Source of the DNA: Gemmatimonadota bacterium
GTDB lineage: Bacteria; Gemmatimonadota; Gemmatimonadetes; Gemmatimonadales; GWC2-71-9
Assembly: GCA_041499215.1 (NCBI GenBank)
Contig: JBGQJV010000003.1
Location: 1-47,788, forward strand
DNA length: 47,788 bases
Direction: 5' to 3'
The notes beneath the pieces are model-generated. The model saw only the letters and a list, made by a program, of their open reading frames with translations, searched no databases and was not told the DNA's origin. Positions 39,227 to 47,788 of the stretch are shown here, piece by piece (position 1 is the first letter of the stretch; each line of letters begins with the position of its first letter). A program made the translations under genes and the position numbers.

Positions 39227-40008
39227 AACCGCCGCCCTTCTCGGGGGCCGCGGTGGCGCTGCTGCTCCTTGCGGGTTGCCGCGGTACCCTGTCGCCCCTC
39301 TCCAACCGGCTCAAGCTTGGTGAGGAGGCGTACATCGTCTTTACCGCCGATGGGGAGGATGGGAAAGGAGACCTGTTCGCCTCGCCTGCAGCGGGGGGCA
39401 AGAGTTTTCAGGTCACGTTCACCAGGGTGGATGAGCGGGCGCCGGCCCTTTCGCCTGATGGCGTGGTGCTGGCCTTCCTTCGGAGCATCGCGCCGGGAGA
39501 CACGAGCGGCGTATCGGTGGTGTTGCTCAATCTGCTGAGCGGGGCGGAGCGGAGGGTCGATGCACCACCGGGCGCCTCTTCGCTGGCCTGGTTACCCGAC
39601 GGAACGGTGCTGCTGGTCCGGGCTGCCTCCGGGATCCTGCGTAGCGCCGCACCCCCCCAGCCGTTGACTCTCGAGCCGGTGCCGGCATCCGGTCAGGCCC
39701 CTGCGGATTCCCTTCTCCGTGTGCTGCTGGGAGATCCGGCGGTCGGCGAGGCAGGCCGTTGCGCGAGCGGCACAGGGGTCTGTGCTCGGCTCGCCAACGG
39801 CGACAGTCTCACATTGTCGACCGAAGGCAGTTATCCCGCGCGGTGGGGGACCGACTCGGTCGCGTATCTCGAGCGGGGCAGCTTCGTCATCCGCCCACTG
39901 GCCGGGGGGGCGACCAGGACCGTGCGTTGGACCGAGTCGATCGAGCACCCGCGGGGGCTGACCTATTTTGGGGGGGCGCCCAGACGGGGAAACACAGCGG
40001 GCCAATAG
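39223..40008 (+). CDS. Lipoprotein with TolB/PD40-like repeat
   Basis: GTGA overlap; lipobox LLAG-C; PALSPDG-x2-LAF. Confidence 0.8.
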   Translation: MKPPPFSGAAVALLLLAGCRGTLSPLSNRLKLGEEAYIVFTADGEDGKGDLFASPAAGGKSFQVTFTRVDERAPALSPDGVVLAFLRSIAPGDTSGVSVVLLNLLSGAERRVDAPPGASSLAWLPDGTVLLVRAASGILRSAAPPQPLTLEPVPASGQAPADSLLRVLLGDPAVGEAGRCASGTGVCARLANGDSLTLSTEGSYPARWGTDSVAYLERGSFVIRPLAGGATRTVRWTESIEHPRGLTYFGGAPRRGNTAGQ

Positions 40009-40037
40009 CCAGTTACACTCACCCGCCCCTCCGGACC

Positions 40038-40661
40038 CTATCCACCGGTTCCGTTCCCCGCGCCAGGCTTCGCGGCAATAGCATCCCACGCCGCTTCCAG
40101 GGCCATGCCCATCGGCGCGCTGTCCGCGGTCCACTCACCGGAGGCCACCCGTTCCACGGCGTATCCGACGATGGCCAGCCACACCGAGGCCCAGAGCTCC
40201 GCCGGCCCCGGCCTCACCTGCCCGTCCGACTTGCCCATCGCCACCAGCTGCACCAGCCCGTCGACAAACTCCCGCTTGAGCCCCCGGCTCTGCTGGTCGA
40301 GGAACGGCTCATGCGCGGTCGAGAAGAGCATCCGCACCAGGGGCGGGTCCGCCGCCGCGGTATCGGTGAGGGTGCGAGCCAGCAGCGCCAGCCGCTCAGG
40401 CCCGCGTCGGGCACGGTCGCTTTCGAAGCCTTCGAGCACGCCGAGGGCCCAGCGCTGGGCTCGGCGATAGGCCTCGTTGAGCAGATGCTCCTTGCTGGTG
40501 AAATGCCGGTAGATGGTGCCTTCGGCCACACCCGCCCGTTGGGCGATTGCCGGCGTGGTGGTGCTCAGAAAGCCACTCGCGCCATACAGTTCCAACGCGG
40601 CGCGCAGCAGGCGCTCGCGGGTCGCCTCGCCGTCTCGCCGGTGGGTCCGGGCAGTCGTCAT
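40038..40661 (-). CDS. TetR/AcrR family regulator
   Basis: TRERLLRAALEL...IAQRAGVAEGTIYRHFTSKEHL. Confidence 0.95.
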   Translation of the reverse strand: MTTARTHRRDGEATRERLLRAALELYGASGFLSTTTPAIAQRAGVAEGTIYRHFTSKEHLLNEAYRRAQRWALGVLEGFESDRARRGPERLALLARTLTDTAAADPPLVRMLFSTAHEPFLDQQSRGLKREFVDGLVQLVAMGKSDGQVRPGPAELWASVWLAIVGYAVERVASGEWTADSAPMGMALEAAWDAIAAKPGAGNGTGG

Positions 40662-40805
40662 GTCGACAATCTACGGTTTCGTTCAACTTCCGGCGCCCCC
40701 GGCCGATGATTCCGAATGGACGGGTCGGGATCCCCAGCCGGGCGGATAGAGGACAGGGTTACCTCTTCTAGGGCTACGGGGTCGCGACCCGTCCCGTTTC
40801 CGGCC

Positions 40806-40900
40806 GTCAGCCATTAGCCATCAGCCATCAGCGATGAAGGGTGAACGGTGAACAGGAGACGGAATTCGGAACTGGAAACTCGGAACTCGGAACTTTGAAC
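40806..40900. repeat. Composite heptamer array (ATCAGCC > GTGAACG > GAACTCG) in one 7-nt register
   Basis: 13 consecutive heptamers from three unit families. Confidence 0.85.
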
Positions 40901-40983
40901 CCCGATTCAGCCTTTCTTCAGAGCCCCCCTACCACCGTGGTGTAACTTCAAATAGGTGGGGCTTACTTGCAGGAGTAGTGCAG

Positions 40984-41517
40984 ATGCTGGATTTCAGGTC
41001 GTTGTGGGAGCAGGCGTTGCCGTTCGACCAGTTTGTCGCGGCCACGGCCGAAGAGCACCGGGGGCTGTGGCAGGGGGTGCGCCGCCTGGCCCGGGTGCCG
41101 GAGTGGGCGGAAACAACTCTTCCAGAGGGCGAGGAGCGGCGCCTGCTGGTGCTGGCCGAGGACTGGTGTGGCGATGCCTCCAATACGGTCCCCGTTCTGG
41201 CCCGCTGGGCGGAGGCTGTCGACGGACTCTCGCTCCGGATTCTGCGCCGGGATGAGCACCCTGAGGTCATGGATCGATACCTGACCAACGGCTCCCGCTC
41301 GATTCCGATCGTGATCGCCCTGGATGAAGAGTTCAACGAACTGGGCCACTGGGGTCCTCGCCCACGCGAGCTCCAGGCCTGGGTCCTGGCCAACAAGAAC
41401 ACCGTGGAAAAGGCCGAGCGGTACAAGGAGGTCCGTCGCTGGTACGCCCGGGACAAGGGTGAGACGACGATCCGGGAGGTGCTCGAGGCCATGGGAGTGC
41501 AGGCAGAGGTGATCTGA
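40984..41517 (+). CDS. Thioredoxin-like protein (WCGD type)
   Basis: AGGAG SD 8 nt upstream; EDWCGDA, TNGSRSIP, WGPRP. Confidence 0.92.
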   Translation: MLDFRSLWEQALPFDQFVAATAEEHRGLWQGVRRLARVPEWAETTLPEGEERRLLVLAEDWCGDASNTVPVLARWAEAVDGLSLRILRRDEHPEVMDRYLTNGSRSIPIVIALDEEFNELGHWGPRPRELQAWVLANKNTVEKAERYKEVRRWYARDKGETTIREVLEAMGVQAEVI

Positions 41518-41656
41518 GGCGAGAGGGCGGGAAGGCGGACCGTCCATGCAACGAAGGGGTGAGTTCCTCACGGAACCCACCCCGTTGCCTTACCCTGTTG
41601 GTCCGCCCGTCCGCCCGTCCGCCCGTCCGCCCGTCCGCCCGTCCGCCCGTCCGCCC
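41518..41656. repeat. Inverted octamer arrays (decayed GGCGGACN x3 / GTCCGCCC x7)
   Basis: Each arm touches the stop codon of one of the two convergent genes. Confidence 0.9.
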
Positions 41657-42819
41657 TAGAACGCCCACCCCGAGCCAGCGCTGAACTGGAACCCGTCAGG
41701 CCCACCGGCGAAATTGAAGGTCCAGATCGTGAAGCGGAGCAGCCGGATCGCGAGCCCGCCTCCCGCGCCCACCTGCATGTCTTCCGTGGTCAGCTTGAAG
41801 CTCTCCTGTTCGAACACCCGGCCGGCATCCACGAAGCCGAACAGGGTGAACGCGCCGAAGTCACCCAGGTCCAGCAGGTTGTGACGCACCTCGGCGTTGG
41901 CGAAGAGGACTCCCTTGCCCGCCAGTCGCTGGAACGCGAGCCCGCGGTTGGAGGTCGTGCCACCGAGTACGCTGAGCTCCCCTTCCCACACCGGCACCTC
42001 GTACCGCGCATTGAGCGGTCCTTTGGTCGACATGCCCGATCCGGCCACGCGGGCGGCCAGGACAGTGCCTTCCCGGATCGAGATATAGCCGCGGATATCC
42101 GCGGTCACCCGCGAATAACCGTCCCCGCCGGTGCCGCCCCCGACCGAGGCCTGGGCGAACAGCCCTCGAGTGGTGTTGAACTCGTTGTCGCGGGTATCCA
42201 GCACCAGGGTCACCCGCCCACGCACATCGGTATCGGTGATGTCACTGGTGCCGAAGTCGGCCCGGAACAGCGACGGCCGGGAGAGATCGCCCAGATTGCT
42301 GTACTCGACTCCGCCGGCGCCCGCGAGCCACAGCGGTCCCTTGATGCGACGGGAGATTTCCAGGTTGCCGAAATAGCGGGTTCGGCGCGCCTGGTAGTAG
42401 TGCGGCTGGCTCTTGGTGACGAGTCGTTCGTCGTCCTTCGTGTCGTTGCCCAGCCCGAAATAGCCCAGCCGGGTCTCGCGGGTGCTGCCGAGCGAGGTCA
42501 GCAGCCGCCAATCCTTGCGGAGCAGCGGGGCATGGAACCGGGCCACCACCATCCGCGCGCCGGTGAACCCCTGACCCACGTCCAGCGAGAACAGTCCCGC
42601 GTAGTTGGTCCGGGCGAAGTAGTCCGCCGCCTTCCGCTCCTCCAGGTGCAGCGCGATGAGCGGGAAGTTGTTCCCCAGGGACGGGAAGAACGGATAGAAA
42701 CTGTCCTTCCACGGAGCATCGCTGAGCTCGTCCTGGGCCGCGACCGCGCCGGGAATGAGGGCGAGTGCAATGGCCAGGGCGAGGACCGGGAGCAGTCTCG
42801 TCCGCGGGTCGCGGATCAT
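41656..42819 (-). CDS. Omp85 (BamA/TamA) family outer-membrane beta-barrel without POTRA domains
   Basis: Signal peptide; LDTRDNEFN, LGG-x3-NRG, FVDAGRVF, C-terminal GWAF. Confidence 0.88.
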   Translation of the reverse strand: MIRDPRTRLLPVLALAIALALIPGAVAAQDELSDAPWKDSFYPFFPSLGNNFPLIALHLEERKAADYFARTNYAGLFSLDVGQGFTGARMVVARFHAPLLRKDWRLLTSLGSTRETRLGYFGLGNDTKDDERLVTKSQPHYYQARRTRYFGNLEISRRIKGPLWLAGAGGVEYSNLGDLSRPSLFRADFGTSDITDTDVRGRVTLVLDTRDNEFNTTRGLFAQASVGGGTGGDGYSRVTADIRGYISIREGTVLAARVAGSGMSTKGPLNARYEVPVWEGELSVLGGTTSNRGLAFQRLAGKGVLFANAEVRHNLLDLGDFGAFTLFGFVDAGRVFEQESFKLTTEDMQVGAGGGLAIRLLRFTIWTFNFAGGPDGFQFSAGSGWAF

Positions 42820-43850
42820 GATTCGGCCTTGTCGAAGAGAAATGCGGTATCGCGCACCGAGGCGGTACCGTCATATGCCGCGAACCGGCTGGGGTAGATC
42901 GAGGCGCTGCCCACCTCGCCCTTCTTGTTCACCGCATAATAGTCCAGCTGGTACCGGGGGCGCCCGTTGGGCCATAGCAGCCGGGGCGGCGTCAGCGCCA
43001 CCGCCCGCTTGAGCGTCTCCAGCGCCGCGTCGGTGGGCTTCATGCCGCGGCGCATGTGCTCCACCGTCAGGAAACCGCCACACACCATGATGTTGCATTC
43101 GCCGAGACCGGTGGAGCCGGCGGCGCCGATCTCGTTGTCGGTGTACTGCCCGGCTCCCACGATCGGCGAGTCCCCGGCGCGGCCAGGGATCTTCCATGCC
43201 AGCCCGCTTGTGGTGGTCACCGAGGAGATCTCGCCCTGGCGGTTCACGATATTGAGGTTGCAGGTGCCGGTTGGCCGGGCCATCGGGGGCTCCGTCTCCG
43301 GCACGTCGAGCCAGTCGTCCTCGTGGCCACGGTTGGCCCGCCAGCGGAGCCACTTCTCCCGCGAGGCCGGTGTGAGCAGGTCCTCTTCCTTGAACCCGTA
43401 GGAGAGCGCAAAGCGCTTCGCGCCTTCGCCCACCAGCAGAACGTGGTTGGTGTATTTCAGGACGAGGCGGGCCACCTCACTCGGGGTCTTGATCCCTTCG
43501 ATCGCGGCAACCGCGCCGGCCCGCTTGGTCGGGCCGTGCATGCAGGAGGCGTCGAGCTGGACCACACCCTCCTCGTTCGGCAGTCCGCCGTAGCCGACGG
43601 AGTCGTCCTCCGGATCGAGCTCCTGAATCTTCACGCCTTCGACCGCGGCATCCAGGGTGTCCATCCCGGCCTCGACCTGCGGGATCGCCTGTGTGATGCC
43701 GCGGATGGCATTGGCCGAGCCGGCGGCCGCGGGACGGCCGGCCGAGGGAATGATGATGGCGGGCGCGCCGATGGGGCGTACCATGGCGCCCGCGGCGAGC
43801 GCGGCCCCGGTCTGGCCCAGAAAGTCCCGGCGGGTGACGGAGTCGGACAC
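42816..43850 (-). CDS. Tat-exported Ntn-hydrolase of the glycosylasparaginase / isoaspartyl peptidase family
   Basis: TRRDFL Tat motif; SVGYGGLPN, LDASCM, nucleophile GT, TTSGL, GRAGDSPIVGAG. Confidence 0.93.
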   Translation of the reverse strand: MSDSVTRRDFLGQTGAALAAGAMVRPIGAPAIIIPSAGRPAAAGSANAIRGITQAIPQVEAGMDTLDAAVEGVKIQELDPEDDSVGYGGLPNEEGVVQLDASCMHGPTKRAGAVAAIEGIKTPSEVARLVLKYTNHVLLVGEGAKRFALSYGFKEEDLLTPASREKWLRWRANRGHEDDWLDVPETEPPMARPTGTCNLNIVNRQGEISSVTTTSGLAWKIPGRAGDSPIVGAGQYTDNEIGAAGSTGLGECNIMVCGGFLTVEHMRRGMKPTDAALETLKRAVALTPPRLLWPNGRPRYQLDYYAVNKKGEVGSASIYPSRFAAYDGTASVRDTAFLFDKAES

Positions 43851-44057
43851 GGACAGCTCCGGGAGGAGGGAGAGGAAGACCGTCGTGAGGCAGGGATTTA
43901 GACACCGGCCGACGCTTCTGTCAACTTACCGCAGGTCCCGTCATCCCTCTTCCCACACCGGCCTTCCGCCAGCGGGTGTGGGTTCCGTCTCTGTCCGGTG
44001 ATGCTGCGTCGAACCGCTGCACCTCCTCTCTTGGGGCTGGTCCCATCGGCCGGTCGA

Positions 44058-44339
44058 TCAGGGAATCTGGGGTAACCTGGTCTCGGAAAGTCTCCGGACG
44101 CCGACTGGTTGGCGCCTGGGGCTTCCAGCCACGGACAAGGCCGGCGATCCATAGCCCGGTCCCACCGGCGTGGTCAGGAACGGGGTGTAGTTCACGTTCG
44201 CGCTGACTCCATCGCCGGCGGGCGCCGTGGGTCCGGCCGCGTCGCCCCACCAGTTGCCGGTGGCATCCACGGTATTGCCCAGGCTGGATTCCACCCCATT
44301 CCCGTTGTTTGCCGCGAAGTTGCAGGCATGGATTACCAT
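44058..44339 (-). pseudogene. Truncated paralogous copy of the C-terminus of 44528-45853
   Basis: 39/53 aa identity by hand over HxCNF...VDATxNWWGD...NVNYTPFLT; no N-terminal part. Confidence 0.75.
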
Positions 44340-44527
44340 ACCCGATAGTACGACCTTGCCTGCACATGGTCCGAGTCTCCGGAAAGTGCGGCCACTCATC
44401 TCGGTGGCACAAGGCCCGGTTTGCCCGGCGCTGGTTGCTGTTTCCGAACCTGTTCCTGTCTCCGTCGCCTGGTACTTCGCGATGCTCGGCAGTCTCGTTT
44501 CCCTGGCGTTGACCTCCCGCCGCACTG

Positions 44528-45853
44528 CTAGTGGTCTGCCGTCCGCCTCGGCGTCCGGGCCGCGGTCGGTGCCGGCGGAGCGTAGCCCAGCGTGACCTTC
44601 GACGTCAGGAACGGCGTGTAGTTGACGTTGCCGCTGACGCCATCGCCCGCGGGGCCGGTGGGCCCGGCCGGGTCGCCCCACCAGTTGTTGGTGGCGTCCA
44701 CGGTGACGCCGGAAGTGGCCGCCACGGCGTTGCCGACGTTGTCCGAGAAATTGCAGTTGTGCATCGCGATCACTGCATCGGTCGTCACCCCATCCGCTCC
44801 GCTGCCGGTTACTTCGCAGTGGTCGAACGAGACATTGGTCGCCCCCGCGCTAACCTGGATCCCGAGGGTACCCGCACCATGCACCGCTGAGGAGAACTCG
44901 ACGTCGGGCGCGCCGATGGCTACGCCTGCGCCGCTGGTGAGCACGCTCCGAACGGTGTCGATGCGAGACCGCAGGATGCGCGACCCCCGCGCGGTCGCCG
45001 AGAGCGACAGGCCGGGTCCCCTGATCTGGCGAATGACGCTGCTGTCGAGCACGACCGGCTGAGTCGTCTGGATGCCGCCGATCGCATATTCGATGCGCGT
45101 GTGCACGAAGTAGCTCGTGTCCGTGGCATTGCCACTCAGTTGGAAGTTGCCCCAGTACAGGGCGACGACTGGCGAGATGGCGGTGAAGAGAATTGGAGCG
45201 GCCGCCGTTCCCACCGCGACGATCCGGCTGCCGGGCAGGCCGACGATCTGGGTGCCGGTGGTCCCATTGAGACAGACCACGGTGCCGGGCCCCACCGTCA
45301 GCGTCACGCCCTGGAGGATCACGGCGTTGTTGACCCGGTGCGGGTTCCCGGTGGCGTCCCAGGTTTCGTTGGCGGTGAGGGTGCCGCCGGCGTGATCGGT
45401 GCCGCCCGGCCCCGCGCAGAGGGACGGGCCCGTGGCCGTGGCAGTGAACTGGATAGTGCCGTCCACCACCAGGCTGCCTGGGGTCGACTTGAGGACCAAC
45501 TCCGCCTTGACCGATTGGGGCCCCGCGGTCGGGCCGAGGGTCCAGTCAGCGCTGTTGTCGCCGTTGTCGTCGGTGGTGGTGGCGGTGGGCGCGATCGAAC
45601 CGCCGCCGGTGGGGGTCCACTGGACGATGAAGTTGACCGATGGTTCGACCACGTCGCCGCTCTTCGGGTCGATCGTATCCCAATGACCCTTCAGGTGCAG
45701 CACGGTGCCGACCGGCGCAGTCTGACCGTTCTGGACGATGGTCCCTCTGTACTCCACCTCGACATTCTCATCGGTGCTGCACCCGGCCACCCCGATCCCC
45801 GAAATGATCACCAGTCCCACCAGGCCGCCGGCCAGATTGCGCGTCGTGCACAT
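44528..45853 (-). CDS. Lipoprotein with Ig-like domain and right-handed parallel beta-helix
   Basis: GGAG SD; lipobox VAG-C; TTDDNG...WTLG Ig-like motif; GTAAAPILFT; VDATNNWWG. Confidence 0.85.
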   Translation of the reverse strand: MCTTRNLAGGLVGLVIISGIGVAGCSTDENVEVEYRGTIVQNGQTAPVGTVLHLKGHWDTIDPKSGDVVEPSVNFIVQWTPTGGGSIAPTATTTDDNGDNSADWTLGPTAGPQSVKAELVLKSTPGSLVVDGTIQFTATATGPSLCAGPGGTDHAGGTLTANETWDATGNPHRVNNAVILQGVTLTVGPGTVVCLNGTTGTQIVGLPGSRIVAVGTAAAPILFTAISPVVALYWGNFQLSGNATDTSYFVHTRIEYAIGGIQTTQPVVLDSSVIRQIRGPGLSLSATARGSRILRSRIDTVRSVLTSGAGVAIGAPDVEFSSAVHGAGTLGIQVSAGATNVSFDHCEVTGSGADGVTTDAVIAMHNCNFSDNVGNAVAATSGVTVDATNNWWGDPAGPTGPAGDGVSGNVNYTPFLTSKVTLGYAPPAPTAARTPRRTADH

Positions 45854-45927
45854 GAGATTGCTCCAGGCTGAAGTGGGCGAGGCAGACAATCTGCTCGCCG
45901 CGACTGGGCACCGCGTTGGCGCGGCAC

Positions 45928-46518
45928 TCAGTGGTCGAAGATCACCATCCCGCCTTCGCCATCGCTGATCACGCCGATCCCGGTGTTCGAGTTGTTATAG
46001 CTCCACGCACCGCCGCCGTGGTTCTCGCCGGTGCCGCCGTTCTGCTTCCAGTACCGCTGTGCCGCCGCGGCCAGCGCCCGCAGATCGAAGGCCGGCGGAC
46101 CGCCCTCGTAGCCGCCGACACCCTGGGCGTTGACCCAGTAGCGCCCCGGCAGCACCGTCCCGGTGATCGCCCGCAGTCCCTGGACGTCGAGCGGATGGAG
46201 TTCGCGCCCGTTGATGAACACCCCGGTGGGCCCCGCACCGCCCGACGCGTCCGCCGCCAGACGTCCTCCGAGCGGCAGACCGGGCATGATGAACCCCGCG
46301 GTCGGGCCGCCCTCGAGGCCCCAGGCGCCGGAGAAGGCGTCGTACCAGTAGTGGCCATCCGGTATCCGGCTGGCCGAACCGCGCTCCAACGCCGCGAGGG
46401 TGGTGTCCGGCACCTTCTGGCGGTTGACGACCACGGCGCGGGTCTGCGCCGGGAGATCAGGGGCGGCCATGGTTCCTCCCGCCAGGGTGGCGAGCAGCAG
46501 CAGTGTCGACATTCGCAT
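45928..46518 (-). CDS. Secreted Gly-rich hypothetical protein with YWYD / GVFINGREL motifs
   Basis: Signal-like N-terminus; GHYWYDAFSGAWG, TGVFINGRELH, PGRYWV. Confidence 0.85.
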   Translation of the reverse strand: MRMSTLLLLATLAGGTMAAPDLPAQTRAVVVNRQKVPDTTLAALERGSASRIPDGHYWYDAFSGAWGLEGGPTAGFIMPGLPLGGRLAADASGGAGPTGVFINGRELHPLDVQGLRAITGTVLPGRYWVNAQGVGGYEGGPPAFDLRALAAAAQRYWKQNGGTGENHGGGAWSYNNSNTGIGVISDGEGGMVIFDH

Positions 46519-46620
46519 GCAGCGGTCTCCGATGGGGTCCTATCTGTCAAACGCCAGCCGCCCGACGGAATTCTCGGAGTCCGTTTGCCGGTTCTCCTGT
46601 CACTCCGTACCTTCTCTGTC

Positions 46621-47169
46621 ATGCCGCCGGACGCCCTCTCCCAAGCCCTGGACGTGGCGCTCGCGCGGTACGCGAGGCTGGTCCGGCGCATCGGCTGTCG
46701 CCATGGGTTCATGGCCTCGGATGCCGACGAGTTGCTGCAGGAGGTGCGGATCCGGCTGTGGCGGGCACTGGAGAGCGGCGAGAAAATCGAGGCGGTGTCG
46801 TCGTCTTACATCTATCGCACAGCCATGTCGGCCGCGCTCGATCTGGTCCGGGGCCGGCGCCGGCGGCGCGAAGATGCGATCAGGCTGGACCGTCCCAGCG
46901 GGGAAGCCAGGCTGGGCGAGTCGCCGGGAGCCGACGTCGCCCTGGACCGCGATGAAGCGGTGGCGCGGATCGCACAGGCGGTCGACGGACTCCCGGCTGC
47001 CCGGCGTCCAGTGGTGCGCATCTATCTCGCCGGGTACAACCACCAGGAAATAGCCGGCCTGCTCGGCTGGTCGGAGGCCAAGACGCGGAACCTGCTCTAC
47101 CGCGGGCTGGAGGATCTGCGAGGCCGGCTGACCGCGCTCGGCCTGGGTCCGGGGAAGGGGGCGCCATGA
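46621..47169 (+). CDS. ECF RNA polymerase sigma factor
   Basis: DADELLQEVRIRLW, SYIYRTA, GYNHQEIAGLLGWSEAKTRNLLYRG. Confidence 0.92.
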   Translation: MPPDALSQALDVALARYARLVRRIGCRHGFMASDADELLQEVRIRLWRALESGEKIEAVSSSYIYRTAMSAALDLVRGRRRRREDAIRLDRPSGEARLGESPGADVALDRDEAVARIAQAVDGLPAARRPVVRIYLAGYNHQEIAGLLGWSEAKTRNLLYRGLEDLRGRLTALGLGPGKGAP

Positions 47170-47774
47170 GCGACGAAGAACTGCGCCGGCTCTACGCCGT
47201 AATTGTGGCCCGCCGCACCACCCCGGACGGCGGGGCGTGTCCGAGCCCGGAGGCACTGCAGCGCGTGGCGGAACGGGTGGGCACGGAAGCGGAGCGTCTG
47301 GCGGTGCTCGATCACGTGGGAGAGTGCGCCGCCTGCCAGCGGGACCTGGAGCACTTCCGGGTAGCTCAGGCTCCGCCGGCCGAGCGCCGGTTCATGGTGG
47401 CGGGGGTGGCCGCTGCCGCGGCGATCGCCCTCGTGGTGGTGTTTTTGTGGCGCGCACTGGCGTCGCCGTCGGACGAGTTGCGGGGCAGCGGAGATCACCT
47501 CGAGCTGGTCGCCCCGCGTGGCGTGCTCACGTCCCGCGCGGTGCCGGTCTTCACCTGGCACGCCCTGTCCGGAGCTTCCGGCTATGCCTTCGAGCTGCTC
47601 GACGACCGCGACTCGCCGATCTACCAGGCGACGGTTAGCGATACCACGCTGCTCCTGCCGGACTCGGTAGTCCTCGTCGCGGACCGCGGCTACAGCTGGC
47701 GGGTGCGCGGGCGGCTTTCCTCCGGCGACATCGTGGCCTCCCCCTTCGTGAGTTTCAGCCTCCATACGCCGTAG
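47166..47774 (+). CDS. Putative zinc-binding anti-sigma factor with TM helix and periplasmic beta domain
   Basis: ATGA overlap; CP...HxxxCxxC (HVGECAAC); TM; LRG motif; PVFTW. Confidence 0.8.
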   Translation: MSDEELRRLYAVIVARRTTPDGGACPSPEALQRVAERVGTEAERLAVLDHVGECAACQRDLEHFRVAQAPPAERRFMVAGVAAAAAIALVVVFLWRALASPSDELRGSGDHLELVAPRGVLTSRAVPVFTWHALSGASGYAFELLDDRDSPIYQATVSDTTLLLPDSVVLVADRGYSWRVRGRLSSGDIVASPFVSFSLHTP

Positions 47775-47788
47775 GCCAAAGCCACGAC

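Noticed and set aside
44170-44765. DGR template/variable repeat pair
   Set aside because: Differences are not adenine-specific (many C/G third-position changes) and no reverse transcriptase is in the window.

Overview
GC-rich bacterial chromosomal segment, most likely Gemmatimonadota (inferred from gene content). It has about 38 supportable CDSs and no rRNA, tRNA, CRISPR array or transposase that I can see. In order: an ECF sigma/anti-sigma operon with two exported HEAT-repeat proteins; NHL-like beta-propellers; a divergent regulator facing a propeller/Cys-rich protein/propeller cluster; an MFP plus two-RND locus; a GbsR/MarR-controlled TolC-MFP-RND pump; a His kinase-RR-diguanylate cyclase operon; gyrA followed by Thr/Ser dehydratase, REC-GAF-GGEEF and a Zn-ribbon Ser/Thr kinase; several hydrolases, TetR, thioredoxin-like and Omp85 genes; a beta-helix lipoprotein; and a second ECF pair. 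The most striking unexplained signal is non-genic. At least 16 loci carry tandem 7-9-nt units of several different sequences, 12 of them as inverted pairs around variable cargo. They sit at gene ends, sometimes supply stop codons, and twice lie in-frame inside an RND gene. A separate 27-nt palindrome writes the same peptide (VAPRHALGP) into two unrelated proteins. Also notable are an RND subunit lacking its proton-relay residues and a secreted protein resembling the plant XLG/EDR4 domain. All family calls come from motif recognition by eye, not database searches.
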